Positions 44,301-55,700 of a DNA stretch of 64,000 bases are shown piece by piece. The notes beneath the pieces are model-generated. The model was not told where the DNA came from and searched no databases. It saw nothing but the letters and a program-made list of their open reading frames with translations. Each line of letters opens with the position of its first letter. Position 1 is the stretch's first letter. This stretch comes from Chrysomallon squamiferum (Eukaryota; Animalia; Mollusca): positions 6,572,001 through 6,636,000 of the forward strand of contig CM022672.1 in the NCBI GenBank assembly GCA_012295275.1, written 5' to 3'. Both the position numbers and the translations under genes were made by a program.

Positions 44301-47300
44301 CATCAATTAAGGTGACGGAACACCAATTAGTAAGGGTGAGCAATAAAATACCAGAAATGGAACAACTTTCATGCCCAGTTAAGATGTGTTATAATCTCAC
44401 TGCCAGATTCGGGAATAAACCATTACAGTATATCAGTTTTCGACTGCTGGAAGTTTCTTCCGTAAATCTAATAGTTCAGGAGCTGATTTCCAAAAGAGGC
44501 CTGGAAAATTTGCTTTTTGTTTGTTTTTGTTCACATATATAGTATTGGGTCATTCCGTGTCAAATCACCCAATGGTTTAAACCCGACCGTCTCAGATTTA
44601 AGTGTATAAAATGTAATTAGGCTATCTGTCAAAATATGAAAAGGATATTTTTTAACACAACTAAATATGACAATCAAAATGCAGCGCATCTAGAAAATAA
44701 ATGGGTTTCTTCAGTTCTTATAATCAATGAACTTTTAATCTCATCAGAAAAATGACATAAATAAATTTGTCTGTAAAACAGTTATACTGAAACCAAGCAA
44801 TCAAGAAACAGAATTATTCTTTACAGGAATTTTCTATACGGGTCATTCCGTGTCAAATCACCCAAAAAAAAAAAGAAATTTAAACCCGACCGTCTCAGAT
44901 TTTTATGAAACTTGGTATACTTGTTGACTGGGATCCCACAGCACCAAATCTGAAATTTTAGCCCAATCAGACTAGTGGTGTGGGAGATACGGCCCACCGA
45001 ATTTTGAGATTTTTGCCAAAAATGGGTGTGACCACCAACCTTAGAACCCTCATATCTCAGCAACTACTGGGCCAATCTTCATAAAATTGGTATTGTTAGA
45101 AAAGCAAAATGACAAGGATTCCAAATCTGCCATTTTTGTTTAGTTTGGAAAATACTGGAGTGCCTTGACCTTTTGACCTTTGCTATGACCTTGAAATTGA
45201 CCGTGTGGATCACGTGATCTTGAGATGACCTTTATTGAAATTTAATCTCCCACATGTTAACTAAAACATATAAAAGTTTCCTGGGTGTAATATTTTTTGT
45301 TTAGCCACAATATAGATTTAAAAAATGCACATACTTGAAAATAACACCTTTTCAGCCATTAACATCTGATTGACTAAAACCTGAATGATCAATTCTGGGT
45401 GCTAGGAATCACCATCTTTCTTGATCATCGAGTAAGACATTGTAGGCCTACATGTATGCATAAAGTATTACATTTTTATGCAAATATTTATACCATTTAA
45501 ATCTTGGACTTTCTAAAATGAATATGAAAATTTTATAAGGTTATATGTTTGAATATGGTAATTATATTTTCATATCTATATTTTGTCTGTGAACAAAATT
45601 TGAGAAAATAATTTATTATTACGCTTACAAATACAATTATTACAGTTAGGAAGGGAAAAAATATTTTAGAAATATTTTTGTAAAATTATTTATAGCAGTT
45701 ATGTTATTTAATCATTTTCAAACATACTATTTTTTTATTTTATTTTTTTTATTATTTACAGTACAAGGTGCTATCAATCAAAGAAAACTTTAAGTACATA
45801 TTGTGTATAAAGATTTCAGAAAATATTTTATTATTATTATTAATTTTCTTCTTATTTATTTGTTTACTTATTTATTATTAATGTGGTTTTTTTTTTTTTT
45901 TTTTTTTTTTTTTTCAATTTACATTAATGGGTAATGGAGTACAGATTTTAATAAACTGCAAAATACTGAGAAATAAAATATTACATTTCACCTTAAGTTC
46001 TTTCTCTTCAGTTTAAATTATGATTTATAATTTGATTTGCATTTTATATTTATTTCACATTTTCATCTTCTTATCTATTCATTTATTTTATTAATATATT
46101 TATTTTTAATTTACAGCCAGCTGAAGACAAAACAGTGAGTACCAATTTTTTATTTTTTTATTTCAGTCTTCTAAGAAATAAAATTTAAGATTTCACCGTA
46201 ATTTCTTTCTCTTTAGTTTTAACTTATGATTTATAATTTTACTTGCATTTCGTATTAATTATATTTCTTTCATCTTTTTATTTTTATTTTTTTATTTGTT
46301 ATTTTTTAATTTTACAGACAGCTGCTGCCATTCCAGTGAGTACCGAGTGTCTTCTTTTCAAAATTTCAATCTTCTGAGAAATAAAATTATAAATTTCTTT
46401 CAACATATACTTTTTAGCATTATTAAAATTTTATTAAATAAATATTATATTGTTTTATCCTGATAATTAACCAACTGTCTCTCTCTGTCTGTGTTTCATA
46501 TTATATAGACACAGACATACACACAAATACAGTTTATGATAGGTGGTTATGAAATATGAATAAACTATTACAGTATATCAGTCTTCAACTGCTGGAAGTT
46601 TCTTCTGTAAATCTAATAGTTCAGGAGATGATTTCCAAAAGAGGCCTGGAAAATTTGTTTTTTTGTTTGTTTATATTTGTTCACATATATATTTGTTTTT
46701 GATCAAGGGGAAATATTAGTGAGAACAGATCCTGTAATATTGTACACACAGTCAGACAGTCATATTGGCAAGATTTTAGAATAGATATGATAATTTTATA
46801 AGGTTACACTTTCAATGTATTTTTTCTTTCTGAGAACAAAATTGGGGAAAATAATTTATTTTTATGGTTATAAATAAAATTATTACAGGTTGGTAGGGTA
46901 AAAAATATTTTTAAAGTATTCCTTTTATTGTGTATTACACTTTTATGCACTTACTTATATCAGTCATTTTATTTAATTATTTTCAAATATTTGTTATATA
47001 TATATATATAACAAATAAAAACGTACATAAAAATATAAATATACAAATATATAAATTTTATTTAGATTTTCATAAAATAATTTCTTATTAAATAATAATA
47101 ATAATAATAATCGAAGTAAATGTTTAAAAGAAAAATTAAAGAATAAAAATTAAAGGTAAAATATTAAATTTTGTGTCTTCACATAATTTTCTACCACTGC
47201 CACTGCTGAGTATTAAAAAAAAAAAAAAAATTAATAATGTTAACTAATAATAACAACTTTGTTTCATGAAACTTTCATTGAAAGTCAGATTGTTTGAAAA

Positions 47301-47516
47301 TAATTAAATAAAATGACTGATATAAGTATATATCCATAATATATATACATACATATGTATACATATACATCTACATACGTGTGTCTATATATATAGACAC
47401 AGACGTATCTATATTACTTGCATTACAGGGTACTCATAAAGGAAATGTTTTAAGAAAATATTTAATTTTTAATTTATCATTGATAGTTATGAAAAATAAC
47501 TTGTTACTAAGATTAA

Positions 47517-47550
<34 letters not shown>

Positions 47551-49321
47551 TTTTTTAAGTGTTTAAGAGTATTACATATTTATACCATTTAAATCTTGGA
47601 CTTTCTAAAATGAATATGAAAATTTTATAAGGTTATATGTTTGAATATGGTAATTATATTTTCGTATCTATATTTTGTCTGTGAACAAAATTTGACAAAA
47701 TAATTTATTATTATGCTTTACAAATAAAATTATTACAGTTTGGAAGGGAAAAAGTATTTTAGAAATATTTTTGTAAAATTGTTTATAGCAGTCTTTAAGT
47801 ACATATTGTGTATAAACATTTCAGAAAATATTTTATTATTATTATTATTATTAATTTATTTTCTTCTTATTATTTATTTGTTTACTTATTTATTAATTAT
47901 TAATTAATTAATTAATTTATTTTATTTTATTTATTTTTTCAATTTACATTAATGGGTAAAGCCACTGGAGTACAGATTTTAATAAACTGCAAAATACTGA
48001 GAAATTAAATTTTACATTTCACCTTAATTTCTTTCTCTATAGTTTAAATTATAATTTATAATTTTACTTGCATTTTATATTTATTTCACATTTTCATCTT
48101 CTTATCTATTCATTTATTTTATTATTATTATTATTATTTTTAATTTACAGCAAAATCCAGTCAAAACAGTGAGTACCAATTGTTTTTTTTTAAATTTCAA
48201 TCTTCTAAGAAATAAAATTTAAGATTTCACCGTAATGTCTTTCTCTTAAGTTTTAACTTATGATTTATAATTTTACTTGCATTTCATATTAATTATATTT
48301 CTTTCATCTTTTTATTTTTATTTTTTTATTTGTTATTTTTTTAATTTTACAGACAACTGCTGCCAATCCAGTGAGTACCGATCGTCTTCTTTTCAAAATT
48401 TCAATCTTCTGAGAAATAAAATTATAAATTTCTTTCAACATATACTTTTTAGCATTATTAAAATTGTATTAAATAAATATTATATTGTTTTATCCTGATA
48501 ATTAACCAACTGTCTCTCTCTATCTGTGTTTCATATTAAATAGACACAGACATACACACAAATACAGTTATAGGTGGTTATGAAATATAAGTATGCTATT
48601 ACAGAATATCAGTTTTCGAGTGCTGGAAGTTTCTTCTGTTAATCTAATAGTTCAGGAGCTGATTTCCAAAAGAGGCATGGAAAATTGATTTCATAGGCCT
48701 CCGAGTATTCATTTGTTTTTTGGTTGTTTTTGTTCACATATATATTATTTGTTTTTGATCAAGGGGAAATATTAGTGAACACAAATTCTGTAATACTGTA
48801 CACACAGTCAGACAGTCATATCTGCCTGATTTAGCATCGACGGTTCGAAAATAGTTTTCAAAATTTCTGTTTTCAGTAACAATTTATATAAATTATTATT
48901 ATTATTATTATTAAAGTTTTTATATATACCATTTAAATCTTGGACTTTCTAAAGTAAATATGAAAATTTTGAAAGGTTATATGTTTGAATATGGTAATTA
49001 TATTTTCATATCTATATTTTGTCTGTGAACTAAATTTGAGAAAGTAATTTATTATTGTGCTTACAAATAAAATTATTACTGTTTGGAAGGGAAAAAGTAT
49101 TTTAGAAATAATTTTGTATATAGCAGTCATTTTTTTTTTTTTTTTTTTTTTTTTTTCCCCAAACAATCTGAATTTCATGTAACAATTCTGATTTAAGCCA
49201 AATATTGGTGTGGTGTAGTTATTGGGTTTTTCTTCTTTCTTATTATTAGGTAACATTATTGCACAAACATTTCAGAAAATATTTAATTTTTAATTTATCA
49301 TAGATGGTTGCAACCACTAAG

Positions 49322-49368
<47 letters not shown>

Positions 49369-50377
49369 TTTTATTATTATTATTATTTACTTATTTATTT
49401 AATTTATATATTTATTTAATATAAAAAATAAAATTATATATATATATATTTTTTTTTTTCATTACAAGGTGCTACCAATCAAAGAAAATATTTAAGTACA
49501 TATTGTGTATAAACATTTCAGAAAATATTATTAATTTATTTTCTTCTTCTTATTTATTTGTTTACATTAATGGGCAATGCCACTGGAGTACCGATTTTAA
49601 TTAACTGCAAATACTGAGAAATAAAATTTTACATTTCACCTTAATTTCTTTCTCTTTATTTTAACTTATGATTTATAATTTTTATTTGCATTTTACATGT
49701 ATTTCACATTTTCATCTTCTTATCTATTCATTTATTTTATTATTATTTTTATTTTTATAATTTGTAGCCAAAATAGCCAGTACCAATTTTTTTTTAAATT
49801 TCAATCTTCTAAGAAATAAAATTTTACATTTCACCGTAATTTCTTTCTCTTTAGTTTTAACTTATGATTTATAATTTTACTTGCATTTTACATTTATTTA
49901 TTTATTTATTTATTATTTATATTTTTTTTAATTTACAGCCAGCTGAATCCACAAAAGTGAGTACCAACTTCTTTCTATTAAAATTTCAATCTTCTAAGAA
50001 ATAACATTCCTTAATTCCTTAAAAATATGCTTTTTATCACTTTTAAAATTTTATTAAGTTTTATTTTATTTTGTTTTGTAATATTGTTATATCTTAATAT
50101 TAATTAACTGTCTCCATATTTCATATTATTTGGACACGCACACACACACATATACACACTCACAAACACACACACACACACATCAATGAAGTTATTATTA
50201 TTATTATAAAACTCATGTCTGTTAAATACATTTCCATACAGATCTTCCAATAAAATTATATTTTATGAGATTATTTTTACTTGATTATTTTAGAAAGATG
50301 ATGCTGCCTTTCCACTGGCTTCGACATTTTTTACTTTGCTGAGCTGTCTGCCTGCTCTCTACGCCAGATTTAACTGA
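41044..50377 (+). CDS. Micro-exon gene E; ~85 aa Thr/Ala/Pro-rich putative GPI-anchored peptide
   Basis: Exons 41044-41080 and 41218-41246 (MHYLIVLCFLFTLLLSSTIAVD); 18-nt micro-exons 43456-43473 TTAAKI, 46117-46134 PAEDKT, 46318-46335 TAAAIP, 48151-48168 QNPVKT, 48353-48370 TTAANP, 49939-49956 PAESTK (weak candidate 47429-47446 GTHKGN); terminal 50294-50377 KDDAAFPLASTFFTLLSCLPALYARFN*. Confidence 0.85.
43713..44421 (+). mobile_element. Non-autonomous MULE (Mutator-like) element with FLYWCH zinc-finger fragment
   Basis: 8-bp TSD ATTACAGT (43705-43712 and 44422-44429); imperfect 21-bp TIRs GGTATGTTCCCAAAACTGGCA / TGCCAGATTCGGGAATAAACC; ORF LILDGYRY...WRC....C.ATV......H.H plus FEGIKSSLYRQRAKKVP; empty site in sister cassettes (~46567, ~48598). 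Confidence 0.85.
44547..45466 (+). mobile_element. Fragments of the Sola2-like element: short end at 44547 and a ~625-bp solo TIR at 44840-45466
   Basis: GGGTCATTCCGTGTCAAATCACCCAA at 44547 and 44840; near-identical to 55587-56215. Confidence 0.8.
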
Positions 50378-52748
50378 CGTCATTTCTCTTGCCATGTTCT
50401 GATGATGAAGCTGAAGATGACGCCATCTTTTAGCTGATGTTCTTGTTTTTCAAAACGTTTTTCACTTGTTTTGCTGAGATAAAAAATGTTGCTGTGATAT
50501 TTTAACATTCTTTAGATGTGACAGTAATAATCAGAAATAATTTTGAATAAAGGATAATGATTCATATATTTATTCTTACGTATTTTAAATAAAAGATAAT
50601 GATTACATAATTATAATTATACTTTAAATACAAGATAATGATTACATAATTATACTTATGTATTGTAATATATACCCAAGTTTAGAATTTAAATTAATCA
50701 TTAAAAGTATTTTTCAACTACAGAAGTCATTGTTTCTTGTAATGTTAAAATAATTCATTTAAAATTATTTTTTATATCATTCAAGTAAAATGGAATGTGA
50801 TTTATTTTCAACTTGACTCAAATCACATCATCTTCAATTACTGATCAACATCATTGACTGTATTCACTTTTCAGCATTTCAACATCTGTAAAATAATAGA
50901 ATTTTACTCATAAAATTCAACATATGCATCTTTCTACATAGTGATAATGTAATTTATAAGTCCAATGACTGAGTTATGATTTTCAAAGTATTTATAATAG
51001 TGCAGAATTGAACAATCACAGACACACATTCATGTATATATGTTTTGACGTATATATATGTATGTTTCTTTGGTTTGTTGTGTGCATGTGTTTGTAATTT
51101 AAGTATCAAAAGAATGTTCTAACAAAGAATTATATTTCATTATTTAATATTTCTCTCACCTTATATCTTTCTCTCTCTCAAAACACACAAAACAAAAAGA
51201 AAACAAAGAAAAAAATAAAAATAAATAAAACACCACAAAACAGTAAAAGATTAATTTATTATATAAATTAAATCAGTAATTTTATTTATGTTAACAAGTA
51301 CAGTTGATCACAAGATGCATTATCAGAATGAAAATTAACAAAATGTACCGAAACCTCAACATCACCCAAACAGTCACATAAAAACTTGTTTACTGGTAAT
51401 TGTTTCAGTTATGATGTATTGTTGATTCACAACCTGGGTTAGAACACAGTAATGGTAAAAGCTGTACAACATATACATTCCTACAACTACACTACACAAT
51501 CAAAACACTTGTATCACAGCATAAAATTTAACCCAGGGGCCACAACCTTAAATATTATTGAAATGGGGCTCTGAAAAATAAAAGTATAACAACCACTGAA
51601 ATACAGTATACTATCTATAAAATAAATGGGGAAATAACTGGTTTCTGTCTTGACCTGAGAAGGATAATTTTGATATTTTAAGACAGTAACCATATATTTT
51701 TTTGTTTTATCCTGCAATCCTAAATAACAAAAACTAAATAAACTGTTTTATCTCTCAACTCACCACTCTTGACAGCAGCTGATTCATGAGTGTTGCTGTC
51801 ACATCAAACCAATTTAACAAAAATGTGTTACTTTTTAAATGAAAACCATTTTCAAAATGGTCTTTTAAGATCTAAGCCAGATATTAAACATTAAAGAAGA
51901 TACTCCAAACAATATATATATATACATCATAACATGTATAATAAAATTAAAAGTAATTTATTGAAATAAATATAGTTGTTACAAAAATTTGTTGAGCAAT
52001 TTTTTGCTAAAAACTAAATATTAACAACATAATAAATGTATCTTGAAAATAAATGTTACAAATTTTCAATTTAATAAAGAACAGTTATACAGGTAAATGT
52101 ATTTGTAAACATATTAAAAGTATTAATAGTATAATAAATCCATCTGACTATAAAAAGAATGTCACGAGTTATCAATAACAATAATTCTAATACACATAAT
52201 TATTTGTTAAAAGTAATGATATTAATAAAATGAAGTAAATTATTATTAATGCCATGTATTCTTACCATATTACAAAATGACATTCAACAAAAAAAATACA
52301 TATTTGACATTATCACATTAATTTGAATCTTGAATTTCAATGCAATGAATATCTGTCTGTGTTGTTAATTTTATTGTATTAATTTGTAGTCTTAAACAAA
52401 AACTTTACAATAGCCATAAATAAGTTGTGGAATATTTTTTTCTAAACAATTTTTGGGTAACTGTAAAATGTAGTCCAATATTTGTTTGACAATTTTGAAG
52501 TTGAAACAGGTTAAAATTATTCTTCACCATTTATTTATTTATTTATTTATTATTATTATTATTATTGTATTAATTAATTTATTACAATAATTATTACATT
52601 TTTTTTTTTTTTTTTTTTGCAATTAATTTATTTTCTTAATCACGAGGACTGAGTATTTCTCATTTTATGACTTACAACTTTCTCAAAATAAAGTGACTAG
52701 ACAGAAAAGAAAAAAAAAGAGATACTGTCTGTTGAAGTTATTTTCATC

Positions 52749-55700
52749 TCACAGACGAGGGGCAGTTCTGTCCGGTGGTGGTGGGTGTCTCCTTCCACAG
52801 TTACATTCTTCACTTTTCCTTCTACTTGAATCAGATTTGGCAGTTACTTGGGGCAGTAGTCTAGGAGGGGGTCTAGAGGGAGCAGGGGGTAGTCTGGATG
52901 GTGCAGGTGATGGTTCCAGTGGTGAAGAAAGCAGTCTGGAAACTGCTGGGCTTGGTCTAGGTGGAGCTGGGGCTGGTCTAGAAGAAACTGCGGGAGGTGT
53001 CTGTGATCGACTTCCTGGCTGATATGATGATAAGTGTGGAGACCATGGAACCGACTGTGACTCAAAAATAAAAATAAAAAGTCAATAAAAAGATATCTTA
53101 AAAGTAGAAAATTTAAACAGAAGCAAACCAAATAAATTTAGATCTGAAAAATATTACTGTCAGAAAATACATGAAAATACATTTGATTAGAAAACTCAGC
53201 TCAAAATAAAATACAAAGCTTGACCTTCTAAAACACCAGAAATGTTTATAATATGTAGTTAATGCTTCCAAAAAAAAAAAAATGTATTATTTATCAAAGA
53301 TTACTTTATGTATAAATAAAATTTTTATTTTTCATTCAGAAAAAATGTTTATTCATATCATCAAAATTACATTTTAAACTTAGCTGAAATCCATATACAT
53401 AACACAGATACATTCACATGCACATTCATATTTTTTCAAACTAAATAATACAGTTACATACCATCCTTAAACTAGATAAATTATTAAATCATTTAATATC
53501 GGAGGAACAAAAAGAAGAATGAAACAGTTTAGTTGTTTATTAATTTACCTTTCTTCTGCCCTCAAAACCAACAAAAGTGTCATCTTCTATCACACAGGAA
53601 ACAACCTGGAAAATTCAAAAATATAAATGTACATATGACACAATGTACAAAAACGAAAATGTTCCGAAAAAATTATAATGTTGGTTTCCATAACAAGCAA
53701 TCCTTAGTTTCAAGCTTATCAATGTTATTGTAAGCAAAAGTAAAAGCCTGAAGATGGTTTTTCATTACAGAATGTGCTGTTAACAACTCAGTCAAATAAA
53801 TAAATAAATAATAGATAAATAAATAATATAACCTTACTTTTGCCCTCCCAAGGAAATTCTTCTTTTCCAAATTATCCACCAGTGACTTAGGAGGATGAAA
53901 AAGAGAGTATTTCTCAGGTATTTCTATCAGCTGCATCCCGCTCTGAAATAAAAATCAGCATCTTTTATACTAAAGGTTTTTGTTAATAAATATCTTTATT
54001 TTTTGTTGTAACTAGCAACATTTCTAAGAATAATAAAGATAGATATGTTGTTTTGTTGTCGATTCTTCTTTCAAAATATTTTTAATTTATTATTGTTTAA
54101 ATTATTTAATTTGTTTTTTTATACATTTACTTCTCTGTTTTTATTAAATAACATTTTAAAAAGCTTTTTTCTTTTAAAATTATTATTATTATTTTGAATT
54201 ATTTATTTATTATTAGTAATAGTAGTAGTTTTTCAGCAGCAGTAGTAGTAGTAGTTGTAGTAGCAGTTTCTTTGCTTGATTGGGCTGAGAATTTATAATT
54301 CAGAAAAAGAACTGATTATCAACAACCCTTTGTTATAAATGAATCACACTGCAGTACATAGGCAAAACTTCATCTTTTGTTCTTCTTTATTGAACAGAAA
54401 CTTTCATAAATATGTTTCTTTTAATGAAAACAATTAATAAATGAATATTTATTCCTGATTATATTAAAAGAAGCATACCTTAGTTGCATGTTGTGAAGTT
54501 TTCAGATTCTGTAATCTCAGTGATTCTTGATAGAGATTCTGTGAAACAGACTCATTGCCAAGCTGAAGGTGTATGACAGCCAAATTATGCACAACCTGCA
54601 CATATAGAAAAAAAGAAGAAAAAATCAGTTACCACAGGCAATTTTATTTTAATTTTTTTTTTATATATTTATTATTATTATTATTATTCTTATTACATTT
54701 TTTTTTACTAAGAAACCTCCTGGCATAACTATTTTGTTTCCAAACATTTTTTTTCATTTCATTTATTATTATTTTTTGTTGTTGTTGACAAAATGATCAT
54801 TCCATTGATATAAGAAATATTTTTATTTTACTTTATTTTCTGTCAACTTCATTAAAATGTTTATAACTTATCAATGGTAAAATTAAGATTAAAATTGACT
54901 CAGATATTACAGTTACACGTTTAATTATATATTTCTTTTGTACCTGCAGTTATTTTCTTAACAAAAAGGATTACTTAACTTATGAAAGAGTAAAAATTGT
55001 AAACTACTATGTCTTTAGAAGTAGTTATAAACTGAGGTTTTTTCATCAGTTTTTCTTTTGTATGTAAATTGTATATATAATTTAAAAGTCTCAAGATTCA
55101 TAAGTTTCATAATCATAATATAGGCTATGGTGTAAATTAATAATGGTTCAATACACATATACTTTTTTTTTTTTAGTCAATTCATGAAAAATTTAAATAT
55201 TTTAATCTATTTCTAAAACTTAATTTTTAAATCTGTTTTTGTTTCTTTCTTAATGATATTGTTGTAGCTGATGTAATTACTTGTGGAAATGAAGAACTGA
55301 AAAGATAGAAAGTTCAAACTTTCACCTGATGTAGATACAATGTGAATGGAAGTCCAAGTTGTTTATAGATGATAAAAAGAAATCCTCGCATGCTTTTCTT
55401 TGCTAACAAGAAATCCTTTTCTGCATCTTCATACCTGATAATAGTAATAACAATAACAATAAAAGTAATGGAAGTACTAGAATTAGTAGTATTAATATTA
55501 ATAATAAAAATGGTAGTAAAAGCACTAGTAGGGTAATAATGGTACACTGAATAAATAATTGTAATTAAAAAATATTTAATGTTGAAGGGTCATTCCGTGT
55601 CAAATCACCCAAAAAAAAAAAGAAATTTAAACCCGACCGTCTCAGATTTTTATAAAACTTGGTATATTTGTTGACTGGGATCCCACAGCACCAAATCTGA

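Larger units (their letters stand above)
39116..51297 (+). repeat. Tandem segmental duplication unit 3 (carries gene E)
   Basis: Homology to units 1 and 2 ends abruptly at ...TATGTTAACAA (51297). Confidence 0.85.

Noticed and set aside
34300-49940. TTGCATTT motif upstream of D/E micro-exons as an SRRM3/4-type UGC enhancer
   Set aside because: It lies ~50-65 nt from the acceptor and its recurrence is explained by cassette duplication; not distinguishable from background.
23100-50000. CRISPR-like repeat/variable-spacer pattern
   Set aside because: Eukaryotic context with no cas genes; the variable parts are AG/GT-bounded exons in duplicated intron cassettes.
52693-53131. ORFs 52693-53022 (+, Gly-rich) and 52844-53131 (-, His-rich)
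   Set aside because: Antisense and alternative frames of the Pro-rich last exon of the NCF2-like gene.
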